Shown: positions 9,926 to 21,027 of the stretch, one piece after another
Layout: every line of letters begins with the position of its first letter
Position numbering within the stretch: position 1 is the first letter of the stretch
Source: an uncultured Acidimicrobiia bacterium
GTDB taxonomy: Bacteria; Actinomycetota; Acidimicrobiia; Acidimicrobiales; AC-14
NCBI GenBank assembly: GCA_963836205.1
Contig: CAWIIV010000015.1
Span: 352,001 to 416,000 of the forward strand
Reading direction: 5' to 3'
DNA: 64,000 bases
Notes under the pieces: generated by a model
Seen by the model: the letters and a program-made list of their open reading frames with translations, nothing else
Told to the model about the DNA's origin: nothing
Databases searched by the model: none
Program-made: the position numbers and the translations under genes

Positions 9926-10654
9926 TTGATCGACGCCATCGACGAGGCCGTCCGCACGCTCATCCGGCGGGACGCCCTCAACGGCAGCGACATCGAAGTG
10001 GTGTTCGACGCCCCCACCCGCGACTGGGCCGCCCGCCGCAACGCCCCCACCGTCGACGTCTATCTCTACGACATCCGGGAGGACCTCCGGCGACGGGCGA
10101 ACGGCACGTCCGAGGTGCGCGACGCCTCCACCGGGTTCGTGGTCGGCCGCAACTCCCCGCCCCGCTACTTCAAGTTCTCCTACCTGGTGACGGCCTGGAC
10201 CCAGCGCCCGGAGGACGAGCACCGGCTCCTCTCCGCCCTCCTGACCTGCTTCCTCCGCTTCGCCGTCCTCCCCCCGGACGTCCTGCCGAGGAGCCTCGAC
10301 GGCTTCCGACCCCTGGTGGTCGGCATCGGCAGGCCTCCGGTCGACGACCGGCCGGTGTCGGACGTGTGGAGTGCCCTCGGCGGCGAGCTGAAACCGTCGC
10401 TCGACCTCACCGTCACCGCCGCCCTGGAACCGGCCAACCTGGCCGACGTCGAGATCGCCCCCCCGGTGTTGGAGCCCCGGATCCGGGTTGCGTCGGCGGA
10501 CGGGGCCGAGGACGGCCCGAGGGGCGCCAGTCGTCGCCGCCCGCGCCCCACGCCGCCACGGGCCGCCGTCACCGAGGAGGTCATCGGCGGGAGCACTGTG
10601 CAACCGGGGCGCACGCTCAGGATCCGCGACAGCTCGGTGCGGCCGCGGCCTTAA
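9926..10654 (+). CDS. Pvc16/Afp16 (DUF4255) tail terminator/cap protein
   Basis: TTG start; FDAPTRDW, VYLYDIRED, SYLVTAW, EDEHRLLS, WSALGGELKPSLDL. Confidence 0.9.
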   Translation: MIDAIDEAVRTLIRRDALNGSDIEVVFDAPTRDWAARRNAPTVDVYLYDIREDLRRRANGTSEVRDASTGFVVGRNSPPRYFKFSYLVTAWTQRPEDEHRLLSALLTCFLRFAVLPPDVLPRSLDGFRPLVVGIGRPPVDDRPVSDVWSALGGELKPSLDLTVTAALEPANLADVEIAPPVLEPRIRVASADGAEDGPRGASRRRPRPTPPRAAVTEEVIGGSTVQPGRTLRIRDSSVRPRP

Positions 10655-10658
10655 GGGG

Positions 10659-12326
10659 TCACCAGGACGGTGACGACCCGTTGTCGTCGGTGACCATGGT
10701 CTCGTCGGTGCCGTCGGCGGCCATCGTCCAGATGCGCCGCTGCCCGCCGCGGGCGCTCTCGAAGGCCAGATCCGAGCCCTCCTCCGACCAGGCGGGGGCC
10801 CCGTCGTACACGTTGGTGTCGGTGAGCTGCTGCAGCCCGGTGCCGTTGTCCTCCATGACCCAGACGTCGAAGTCGGCCACCCGGTCGCTCTCGAACGCGA
10901 TCTCACCCGTCCTCCCCCACGCCGGTCGGGCGTCCTGGGCCGGGTTGTTGGTGAGGAACGTGAAGTTGCCGCCGTCGTCGTCGACGATCGCGATCTCGGC
11001 GTTGGTGGGGGTGCGGAAGGCGGTGAGGGCGATGCGCCCGCCGTCGGGCGACCACGACGGGTCGGTGGCCTTGCCCACCTGGCCGGTGATCTGCTCCGGA
11101 TTGTCGCCGTCCGCGTCCATCACGAAGATCTGCAGCTCGCCCACGCTCGACGCCCACGCGATTCTCGTGCCGTCGGGCGACCAGGCCGGGGCCACGTCCT
11201 CGGCGTCGTCGTCGTCGGTCAGGTTCTCCTGGTCCGACCCGTCCACGTTCATGACGTAGACGTCGGTGTCGCCTCCGTCGTCGCGGACGAAGGCGATGCG
11301 CTCGCCGTCGGGGGACAGGGCGGGGTCGGTCTCGTCGTCGTCCTCGTCGGTCAGCTGGCGCAGGCCTTCGCCGTCGGGCTGGATGGCCCAGATGTCGCTG
11401 TCGGGGCCGTCCTCCAACGAGGCGAAGACGATGGGCCGCTCGGTGAAGGTGAGGGTGGTGGTGGTCGCCATCGAGGTCGACGTCGCCATCGAGGTGGACG
11501 TGCCGTTTCCCCCGCCGCCCCCGCGGGTGGTGTCGGGCCGGTCGTTGTCCGTCGTCTGGCTCGACCCGGTCGGATCGCCGTCGACGGGCTCGTCGTCCTG
11601 CTGCGTGAGGAGGAACAGGGCCGCGATCACCCCCAGGCCGAGCACCGCCATCGCCAGCTTCACCCACCCGGCGGCGATGACCGGCTTCTGCACCAACGTC
11701 CCGGCCGCCTTGATCGGCGGCGCCCCGCCGTGGTCGACCACCACCGTGTAAGGGCGGTTGCGGTTGGGGCCCCGGAGGAACCGGTTTCGGGGACGCAGCG
11801 ACACCTGGCTCGTCGCCTCCTGGCCCGGCGTGAGCGCCAGGGACGCGGGGTTGACCGACGCCACCAGGGCCTCGTCGGGGTCCTCCACCCGGAGCGACAC
11901 CGCCGCGGCCACGTTCCCGCCGTTGACCAGCCGGACCCGGGCCTTGGCCGAACCGCTCGTCTCGACCGTCTGGGGGACGAGGGTCGCGCCCAGCTCGGTG
12001 AAGGGGGCGACGTCGACCACGCCCTCCTCCACCACCGAGAAGCCGGGGTCCTCCTGCGACCGGACCCGTACGCCGAAGGGCTTGGCCCCGGCGCCGACCG
12101 CGGTCGACCGGGGCGGTTGGAAGCGGACCTCGACGGTGCCCTGCGCCCCCGGGTACAGGTTCAGGGTGGGGGGCTCGACCGTGGTCCACCCGCTGGTCTC
12201 GCCCACCACGTCGATGGTGAAGACGTCGACCAGGTTGCCGTCGTTGCGGACCCGCACCGAGGCCGTCGCCGTCGAACCCGGCGTCACGCCGACCCGCTCC
12301 GGGGTCAGCACCACCGACGCTCCCAT
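10659..12326 (-). CDS. CIS-associated membrane protein: N-terminal Ig-like (COG1470-type) domains, TM helix, C-terminal TolB/PD40 beta-propeller
   Basis: VRVRNDGNLVD...LNLYPG N-terminus, hydrophobic helix, repeated P(A/S)WSPDG. Confidence 0.8.
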   Translation of the reverse strand: MGASVVLTPERVGVTPGSTATASVRVRNDGNLVDVFTIDVVGETSGWTTVEPPTLNLYPGAQGTVEVRFQPPRSTAVGAGAKPFGVRVRSQEDPGFSVVEEGVVDVAPFTELGATLVPQTVETSGSAKARVRLVNGGNVAAAVSLRVEDPDEALVASVNPASLALTPGQEATSQVSLRPRNRFLRGPNRNRPYTVVVDHGGAPPIKAAGTLVQKPVIAAGWVKLAMAVLGLGVIAALFLLTQQDDEPVDGDPTGSSQTTDNDRPDTTRGGGGGNGTSTSMATSTSMATTTTLTFTERPIVFASLEDGPDSDIWAIQPDGEGLRQLTDEDDDETDPALSPDGERIAFVRDDGGDTDVYVMNVDGSDQENLTDDDDAEDVAPAWSPDGTRIAWASSVGELQIFVMDADGDNPEQITGQVGKATDPSWSPDGGRIALTAFRTPTNAEIAIVDDDGGNFTFLTNNPAQDARPAWGRTGEIAFESDRVADFDVWVMEDNGTGLQQLTDTNVYDGAPAWSEEGSDLAFESARGGQRRIWTMAADGTDETMVTDDNGSSPSW

Positions 12327-12434
12327 CGGCGGATCGTAACCCTTGGGTGTTGCCCGAAGGGGCCACGATGTCTGCCCCCGCGTGCACCCCGACGACCGCC
12401 TCCGTGGACTGGTCGGCTCGGTAGCTTGCGGGGG

Positions 12435-14525
12435 GTGAAAGCCGACGCGTCGGTCGGGCACCTCCTGGGTCGGCTGTCGGTGGTGGAGGCACGGGTCCGC
12501 ACGGGCGTGGCCCGGCGGCGGAGCGACGACCCCGATCCCGACGACCGCTTCCGGGGCCTCTACACGCCTGACGCCGAGGTCGACCGGCTCCTGGCCGGGA
12601 CCCGCCTGCCCCTCCGCCCGGCGGACCACGGGGACGACCTGCTGGCCGCGGTCGAGGCCACGGCCGACGTCGCCCAGGCCGACGGCGCCGACCTCCGCCT
12701 CCGCCGCCTGGCCCGGTCCTTCGACCTCACCGACCTCGACGCCGAGCTGCTCCTGGTCGCCCTTGCGCCCGACGTGGACCCCCGGTTCGAGCGCCTCTAC
12801 GGGTACCTGAACGACGACGTCTCCCGCCGCCGAGCCAGCATCGGCCTGGCCCTCGAGCTGTGCCGCGCCCTCGGGCCGGCCAGCGGCGGACGCAGCCGGC
12901 TCGGCCCCACCGCCCCCCTGGTGGAGAGCGGGCTGGTGGTGGTCGAGGACCAGGACCGCCCGTTCCTCACCCGGGCCCTGCGGGTGCCCGACCGCGTCGT
13001 CGCCCACCTCCTCGGCGACGACGCGCCCGACCCCCTGCTCCGCTCCGTTGCCATGGCCGACATCGACGCCGGGGTCGGCGACACGTCGGTCCTCGAACGG
13101 TCGATGGCGGCCGGCCACCGCCTCGTCTACGTCCGCCAGCCCAACGGTGGCGCCGGCTTCAGCTTGGCCGCGGCCGCCGCCCGGCGGATGGGCCTCGGCG
13201 TCCTCCTCGCCGACCTGACCCGGCTCGACGGGGGCGACGCGGACCTGGCGTTCCCCCGCCGGCTGGCCCGGGAGGCCCGCCTGCGAGGGTGCGTCGTCGT
13301 CGCCGGTCCGGTGGAGGCGGTCGCCGAGCGAACCGCTGGTCCATCCCTGGTCCGGGCCCTGGCCGACGCCCCCGTGCGGACCCTGGTCCTGACCGGGGGC
13401 CGCACGTGGGACCCGGCGTGGAGCCGCGACGACCCACTTGTGGTGGACGCGCCCGTGCCGACGACCCCCGAGCGCCGCCGCATCCTGGCGCGGGCCATCG
13501 GCGACGGGAACGGCGCCGGCCCCACCGACACCGACGACGACGCAATCGAGCGGGCATCCCAGTTCCGCCTCCCGCCCGAGCACCTCGACCGGGCCGCCCG
13601 CTCGGCCTCGGTCCGGGCCCGCGCCCACGGCCGGGCCGTGTCCGAGGACGACCTCCTGGGCGGGGTCCGGGCCCAGAACGGGGCCGGACTCGAACGCCTG
13701 GCCCGGCGGGTGGAGCCGGCGGTGGCGTGGAGCGACCTCGTCCTTCCCGCCCCCGTGTTCATCCAGATGCGGGAGTTGGTGGCGAGGGTCCGGCGCCGGG
13801 AGCGGGTGCTCGACGACTGGGGCCTCGGGCACGGGACCACCCGCAATCGCGGGATCAAGGCCCTGTTCGCGGGCGAGTCCGGCACCGGCAAGACGATGTC
13901 GGCCGAGGTCCTGGCGGGCGAGCTTGGCCTCGACCTGTACGTGATCGACCTGTCGACCGTCGTCGACAAGTACATCGGCGAGACGGAGAAGAACCTCGAC
14001 CGCATCTTCGCCGAGGCGGAGCGGGTGAACGGCGTCCTCCTCTTCGACGAGGCCGACGCCCTGTTCGGCAAGCGCTCCGACGTCCAGGACGCCCACGACC
14101 GCTACGCCAACGTCGAGACCGCCTACCTGCTCCAGCGGATGGACACCTTCGAGGGCCTGGCCGTGCTCACCACCAACCTGCGCAGCAACATCGACGACGC
14201 CTTCGCCCGCCGCCTCGACGTGATCGTCGACTTTCCCATGCCCGAGGACGTCGATCGGCGGCGGCTCTGGGAGCTCCACCTGGGCCCGTCGGTGCCCCGG
14301 GCGGACGACATGGACCTCGACTTCCTGGCCCGGTCGTTCCGGATCGCGGGGGGCAACATCCGCAACGTCGCCCTCGGCGCCGCCTACCTGGCCGCCGACG
14401 ACGACCGGGCGGTGTCGATGGTCGACCTCGTCCGGGCCACCGAGCGCGAGTACCGCAAGCTGGGCCGGCTGTGCGTGGAGTCCGAGTTCGGCCCGTATTT
14501 CGCCCTCGTCGCCGGCGCCCGGTAG
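12435..14525 (+). CDS. Pvc15/Afp15 AAA+ ATPase
   Basis: Walker A GESGTGKT, Walker [25 protein letters not shown]; N-terminal LYGYLNDD. Confidence 0.95.
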   Translation: MKADASVGHLLGRLSVVEARVRTGVARRRSDDPDPDDRFRGLYTPDAEVDRLLAGTRLPLRPADHGDDLLAAVEATADVAQADGADLRLRRLARSFDLTDLDAELLLVALAPDVDPRFERLYGYLNDDVSRRRASIGLALELCRALGPASGGRSRLGPTAPLVESGLVVVEDQDRPFLTRALRVPDRVVAHLLGDDAPDPLLRSVAMADIDAGVGDTSVLERSMAAGHRLVYVRQPNGGAGFSLAAAAARRMGLGVLLADLTRLDGGDADLAFPRRLAREARLRGCVVVAGPVEAVAERTAGPSLVRALADAPVRTLVLTGGRTWDPAWSRDDPLVVDAPVPTTPERRRILARAIGDGNGAGPTDTDDDAIERASQFRLPPEHLDRAARSASVRARAHGRAVSEDDLLGGVRAQNGAGLERLARRVEPAVAWSDLVLPAPVFIQMRELVARVRRRERVLDDWGLGHGTTRNRGIKALFAGESGTGKTMSAEVLAGELGLDLYVIDLSTVVDKYIGETEKNLDRIFAEAERVNGVLLFDEADALFGKRSDVQDAHDRYANVETAYLLQRMDTFEGLAVLTTNLRSNIDDAFARRLDVIVDFPMPEDVDRRRLWELHLGPSVPRADDMDLDFLARSFRIAGGNIRNVALGAAYLAADDDRAVSMVDLVRATEREYRKLGRLCVESEFGPYFALVAGAR

Positions 14526-14532
14526 GCCCGCG

Positions 14533-17500
14533 GTGACGGAGGCGCGCGTGACCGACGACGCTCCTACCCTGTCCCCGATGGCACCGGAGACGGAGGCCCT
14601 GCGGCGCAGCCACCCGCCGACGCCCAGACCGGCTCGGCCCGGCGCGACCCACGGCCCGTGGGCGCCGGCGGCGGGGAACCGGGCGACCACGGCCCAGCTG
14701 TCCGGGTCGGCGCCGATGCACACCGGCGACGTGGTCGGGCTCCAGCGGACCGCAGGCAGCCGGGCGGTCTCGCAGCGGGTCACCGTCCAACGGGAGACCA
14801 CGGCCCTGGCCGTGCCGGCCCCCGAGCACGTCAACGTGGTCAAGGCGGTCCACGAGCTGCGGCGAGCCATCGACCAGACCGACACCGAGATGCGCGGCAG
14901 CTGGTTCTGGGGCAAGCACCCGGTGCACCCGGTGAAGTTCGACGTCGTCGACCGCGTGCTCACCAACCTCTCCCCCAGCCAGGTGCGCGCCATCGAAGCC
15001 GAGTACAAGTTGGAGGTCGGCCACAAGTTGCGCGACGACCTCCTTGGGTTCAGCCCCGACTACCTCAATCGCCCGGTGCCGTCCGAGCTCAATGCCGCCC
15101 AGCGCTACCGGGTCGCCGCCCTCCTGGAGGGCACCGCCCTCGAGCCGACTGGGGCGATCACCAGCGCCATGGCCGCCGGCGCAGTGCCGATCACGTGGAT
15201 CAACACCGGCGCCATCGGCCCGGGGGCGACGCTGACCGCGGTCCCCTCGATGCCGAAGACCAATCCCGACGGCTCACCGTCCGAGGAGCTATCGGATGCG
15301 GCCAAGGTCGTCCGCCGCAACCGGGCCGCGGCCGACGCCGCCCTGGTGAAGATCCTTCTCGACAAGAACGACGAGGCCAGCCGGAAGCAGCTCATGGTGA
15401 TGCTGCGCAAGAGCGCGGCCGACAACAGCTGGGTCTCGGCCCTCTACCTCTCCGAGTTCGGCAAGGACCTGAACGCCGCGGTCAGGGCGCTCCCGGAATG
15501 GTGGGAGCAGCGGGCGCTGGCCCTCATCCGGGGTGACTGGACCCAGGCCGACGCCTACGCCATCGTGCTCGTGCGGATCAAGATCGAGGAGGCCATGCCC
15601 GGCCTCGTGCTGCAGGACAACGACGACGTCAAGCCCAAGGTCCGAGCGCTCCTCGCCGAGCTCGAAGGCATCCTCGCCGGCATCAACCGGGAAGCGGCCG
15701 CGGGCGGGCTCGACACGGTGAAGGCCCTGCTCGCGGTCCGGCTTCCCGAGGCGGGCGAGGGCGGGCCGACGATCGACCAGATCCTGCGCAACTTCCTCGG
15801 ACCGGTCGAGGTGGCGGTCATCGACGCCATGGCCAAGGGCGACCCGGTGGAGGAGGCGGCCACTCGCCTCATCCGGCTCGAGTCGGCCAAGGACGTCAAG
15901 CCCGACGACGTCACGACCGTGCTCCGGGGCCTCCGCGGCCGGGCCGAGCAGGACGTCCGGGGCGAGCTCCGGGAGCGGGCGACGGAGCTGTCGAAGACCA
16001 CGCCCCCGCACGCGCTGGCCCAGGTGCTCGAATCGGTGACCTCCAGCGGGGAAAAGGCCGTCGAGAACCGGGCCCGCATCTACATCCACCGGTTCATCAA
16101 CCGGTTCGACGCCATCGGCAGGGCCACCGACCCCCCTTATCGTCAGTTTGCGGAAATCCTCGAGTCGTGGGGGAACGTCGACCACGAGATGGTCGACCAG
16201 CTCGTTCGCCGGGGGGGCACGCTCAAGCCGCTCGAGGAGCTCGAGTTCGCGATGTCGAGGAAGGAGCCCGATCTCGACACGGTCATCAACGTATTGCGGG
16301 GCCTGGCGCCGGCGGGGCGACGCAAGCTCGTGGCCGAGTACGACGCCGGGGCGGGCAAGGCCGGCCGACCCACCCTCTCCGAGTCGGTGAAAGGCAAGGT
16401 CGTGACCCTGGCCCAGACGAGCACCTTCATCAACGTCACCCAGTACACGCCTGGTGGGTCGCCGGCCGTCGCCAACCTGACGTACCAGAAGCCGCGGACC
16501 GACAAGGAAGCGTCGATCCAGGAGTTGATCGAGGAGCCCGATCGGGGTGGTCAGGCCGAGATCGGGTGGACGTACAAGTGGACCCGGGACACGTTCGAGC
16601 GGGCGATCGAGGCGGGCGGGGTCACCGGCAAGATCGCCGACACGGTCGGAGGCAAGCGTGAGGTCCGGGAGACGCTCGAGGACTCCCACCGGGCGCTCAC
16701 CGACGCCATCATCGAGTTCCGCAAGGCGGGGGAAGCGGGCGACAAGGCCGGCCAGATGGCCGCCATGCTCAAGGTGCGCGACGCCCGGGCGGCCATGTCG
16801 ACCGACAAGCAGGCGTTCATCGAGGCCACCGACGCCCTGCGGGCCGCCATCGCCAACGCCATCGCCATCGCCGTCGACATCGCCCTGACCGTCCTCGTCC
16901 CCGGCGTCGGCCACCTCGCGGGAGCCGCCCTGTCCCTCGCGGTGAACATCGGCACCAAGGCCGCCATCATGGGAGACCAGTACGACTGGGGGATGCTCAA
17001 GGCCGACCTGGTCGGATCGGCGATCGGGCTCGGCCTGGGCGCCCCGTCGCGGATGTTCGGCGAGGAGGCGGCGGGCATCGTCGGCCGGAAGCTCGCGGGC
17101 GCGGGCGACGAGCTCGGCTTCGCGGTGTCGGCCGAGGTGAAGGCGGGCGCCCAGAGGGTGGCCGGCCAGGCCTTCGAGGTGGCCGCCACGACGGTCGCCA
17201 CCAACGAGGCCCTCGGCCAGGACGCCACCGAGGGCATGCGAGACGCCTACGGCATCGCCCTCGCCAAGGGTGCCCTGGCCAGGCGCCGGGCGGCCGCCAA
17301 GGCCAAGGGCGCGGCGGGCGACGAGCCGGCGACCGGGGACCAGGCCCGGCGACGAGCCGACCACCCGTGCGACCGACGACGACACCACGACCGGTCGCCG
17401 GGGCCGGGCGGGCACCGGCGACGAGCCGACCACCCGGGCGACCGACGAGCCGGACGGGCCCCGAGCGGCCGACGCCGACGACACCGCCGACGTCCGAGGT

Positions 17501-19312
17501 CACCAAGCGGACCCCGATGGCCCTGGAGGAGGGCAAGCCAGTCCCCAAGACGCCCGAGGGCCACGTGCTCCAGATCGTGGGCGACAACGAGGTCGATGCG
17601 TGGCGGGCGTACAAGAAGGCCATCAACGCCGACCCCACCCGGGAGGTCGCCCTCCTCTACAACCATCGGCTGAAGCAGTGGGCGGTCGTGCAGGGCAACG
17701 AGAAGATGGTCCCGACGACCGCGGCCATGCGGAAGATTGGTTGGCAGACCAAGGACACCACGCTCGGCCGCCACAGCCACCCGGTCCGCGAGACGGGCGA
17801 CACGTCCGACCCGAACCTCGTGCCCAGTGGCCGCGGCGGCGACCTGCCGATCATCAAGGGCGACGCCAGCAAGGGGCCGGCGCAGGAGGGACCGCACTGG
17901 AGCGCCATCGACGTGGTGGTCGACGGCAAGCCGGAGCGCACGTGGGTGTTCTACGACCGCAAGAACGGCTACTTCACCATCTACTACCCCGACGCCGGCG
18001 TGCACGCCAGCCGCTCGTTCCCCAACGTCGAGGCGTACCACAAGTGGTTCAAGGACAAGTTCCACTTCGAGCCCGGGACGAAGCAGGCGGCGGGACAGGG
18101 ACCGGCCGCGACCACTCCTCCCGGCGGGGGCGGCGACGACGTCGGCGACAAGCGGACCACGACGAAGCCGGCGCCCGAGTCCGACGAGACGGCCCGTGAC
18201 GTCGGCGACACTCGTACAACAACTCGGCCGGCGCCCGAGTCCGACGAGACCGCCCGTGACGTCGGCGACCAGGCCGGACCGACGCACCAGGCCGGCGCCC
18301 GGAGTCGGACGAGACGGTCATCGAGATCGGCGACGAGCGCACCACGACCCGCCCTGTCCCCGAGTCCGAGGAGACGGCCCGGGACGTCGGCGACGAGCGA
18401 ACGACCACCCGCCGGGCGCCCGAGTCCGACGAGACGGTCCACGAGGTCGGCGACGATCGCACCACGACGAAGGCTGTCCCTGAGGATCTCAGTCAACTCA
18501 GTCCCGAGCGGTACTTCGACCCCGACAGCGACGATCCCAAGGGCGGGGCGGCACCCGCCGTTCACGTCCTCGACCCGAACCTCTGGCACCAGGTCGGCGA
18601 GATCACCGAGGGCAACAATCCCAACGTCATCCTCCAGGGACCCGACGGCAAGCTCTACCTGTTCAAGCCCGGTCCGGGCGAGACCGTGAACCCCTACGGC
18701 CCCGACGTCGGGATCGAGGTCGGCCAGCGCTACCGCCGGGCGCCGGCGGCCGCGATCGTCGCTCGCGCCCTGGGCTTCGACACGCCGAACACGGCGCTGG
18801 CCGAGTGGCACGGCGACCACGGTTCACTTCAGGAGTTCCGCCCCGACCTCGCGCCCGACCAGAAGAGCACCGACGTCGACCTGGCCCGGTTCAACCGGTC
18901 GCAGACCCGCAAGGATCTCGACGCCCTCGACTTCGTGCTCGGCAGCATGGACCGGCACGGGGGCAACTTCAAGATCGTCTACGACGGTGACAACCCGAAG
19001 CTGACCGTCTACGACAACGACAACGCCATCCCGCCGTCCGATGCTCGATTCTCGACGCCCGACCCCAGCCGGCTGGGCCCGGACGCGGGGCAGGTCGGAG
19101 ACCTCGCCGGAGCACCGCGGGCCGCATACCAACGGGAAGCGCCCCCCCAAGTGAGCGCCGAGATCGCCGAGAACCTGCGCAAGTTCGAGGCCAACTTCCC
19201 CGAAGCCGAGCTCCGCAAGTACCTCACCGCCCCCGAAGTCGCCGGCCTCCGAGCCCGCCTCGCCGACATCATCACCGAGATCAAAGTCGGGACGATCCAG
19301 GTCGTGCGGTGA
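14533..19312 (+). CDS. Giant putative CIS effector (annexin-like repeats, hydrophobic segment, JAB-like domain, 20-aa repeats, kinase domain), broken by frameshifts near 17350-17450 and 18270-18300
   Basis: ORFs 14533.., 17367.. and an open frame 18302..19312 join into one protein-like reading. N-terminal LQRTAGSRAV..VQR motif. Confidence 0.7.
18138..18485 (+). repeat. About six 60-bp coding repeats (DVGDxRTTTxPAPESDETAR)
   Basis: Repeated gacgtcggcgac...cccgagtccgacgagacg units. Confidence 0.85.
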
Positions 19313-19869
19313 CCCTCAGAGAGGGACGCGGGCCCTCGCCGCTCGCCGCAACGCCGAGACGGGCGATCCGGCACCTCGGAACGTCGGCGCCAGGTCCTCC
19401 TGGTGACTAGGAACGCCGTCGCGGTTCGCGTCGGATGGCAAGGTTGCTTCAGAACCCTCAATCCGTTTTGACCACTATTCTCGGCCCGCCGTCACGCATT
19501 GGCCCGGGATCGTCTCGGTAGCTGCCATCGGCGACCACGATCAGATCTCGCTGGACAGTGGCGCACCCTGCGGTTGAGGTCTAGTGTTGATGTCATCGTG
19601 CTGACGACCACGTTCGCCGCTCCACAGTGACCAGCGAACAGACCGTCGCGGTGTCAACGGACGGAATGGCTCAGACTCCTATGGTGGCCCCTCGGAAAAT
19701 GGCGGCGGTTCCTCGCCTAGAACTTGAGGCGAACGACCCCGCCTCCGACCTGAGGCCAAAACGGGCAAAGCCCATTCTGCCCCCCGACGCACATACCGAC
19801 GGAGGGTGCCGACGGGCCGGCACCGTTCGTGCTGGCGGCGGCGGCGGCGGCGGCGGCTACTGACTCTCG

Positions 19870-21027
19870 TTGACCTCGATAGACGCCGACGGCGGCGCAC
19901 TTGGCGCGAGCGGAGGCACGTCACCATCGTTCCGCCTCCATCGAAAACTCTCCGTGTATCAGCTCGCCACCTTTTGCGCCGTTTTGGGCTTTCTTGGACT
20001 TGCTCTTACTCTGCTTTTTGCTCCCGGGCTAGCCGTCACCCGCTTCACGAGCAATGGCGGAGATGTGCTCGTAGGAAAGGTCGGTCCCACCCAGGGGGTA
20101 ATCAGCAACCTGCTGTACACGCTGGGGACCTCTGCCCTCGGAGTCGGTCTGCTCGGGTTAACATACGAGGTCGTCATAAATGGGCCTCTACGTGAGTTCC
20201 GGAATTTGACAGAACTGACCAAAATTGACCAGGCTGCGTGTCGTATCGTGCACAGCGTGCTCGCCGACTCAGAGCTTATGGCTGAGGTCGGCCGCTCGAC
20301 CGCTGTCTTCAGTTTCGATCGGCGTCTTCGAGAGAAAATTGGTCATGAGACCAGCGCGGACTACCTTGTTCAGAAATTGACCGACCAATTAGAGTTGTCC
20401 GAAACGCGGGATAACCTGCGCATCGACTTTGCACTCGAACATCAAGTTAGCCAAGCCTCTCTGTCCCAGGAGTATTGGACTTCGGCTCGACCTGGTAAGG
20501 CCCTTCGATTCGTGCTGCGCATCTTTAGGAACCAGCAGCAGATAATACCTCTCCCGGTACGTAGCGACTATTGGGTCTATGACTACATCGTGCCACCCGG
20601 AGAAGACCCGGCCGGTGCACGGGACATGTTCAGAGTACCCAGGTTCTCTATTGGAGACGTTGAGACTGCCAATATTCCGCACGCCACCGTCACCGAGTAT
20701 CCGGAATATGACGAGGCGGTGATAGAGTTTCTTCCTCCGATTCCCCGTATTGCAGACAGATATAAGATCACATTTCAAGTTCTGCTGCCGCAGCCGGGAC
20801 CCGGCGAGTACGCGTACTTTGCTGCTAGCGCCTACACGAGGGCCGCGCGAATTTCGTGCGACTCAGCCAATACGGTTGGACTGGACGTGACCGTCATCGA
20901 CCTCCTACGGTCCTTCGCGACGCGGCGTATTGACCGCGAGCTGACCGCACGAGTCAAGGGTGTCGAAACAGCCGGCTGGATTGATCCCGAAGCGGCCGTG
21001 GTTTTTGCTGTCGGTCGGCGTACGTGA
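19870..21027 (+). CDS. Hypothetical protein with two N-terminal TM helices and a beta-rich C-terminal domain
   Basis: 385-aa ORF in lower-GC DNA; stop overlaps the next gene (GTGA). Confidence 0.7.
   Translation: MTSIDADGGALGASGGTSPSFRLHRKLSVYQLATFCAVLGFLGLALTLLFAPGLAVTRFTSNGGDVLVGKVGPTQGVISNLLYTLGTSALGVGLLGLTYEVVINGPLREFRNLTELTKIDQAACRIVHSVLADSELMAEVGRSTAVFSFDRRLREKIGHETSADYLVQKLTDQLELSETRDNLRIDFALEHQVSQASLSQEYWTSARPGKALRFVLRIFRNQQQIIPLPVRSDYWVYDYIVPPGEDPAGARDMFRVPRFSIGDVETANIPHATVTEYPEYDEAVIEFLPPIPRIADRYKITFQVLLPQPGPGEYAYFAASAYTRAARISCDSANTVGLDVTVIDLLRSFATRRIDRELTARVKGVETAGWIDPEAAVVFAVGRRT

Noticed and set aside
18138-18485. CRISPR-like periodicity
   Set aside because: These are degenerate 60-bp coding repeats with no unique spacers, and no cas genes are present.
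19627-19869. Upstream ORF in frame with the 2TM protein, separated by one TGA (selenocysteine readthrough idea, since selD is present)
   Set aside because: No convincing SECIS-like hairpin follows the TGA, there is no redox-motif context, and the upstream peptide is low-complexity.
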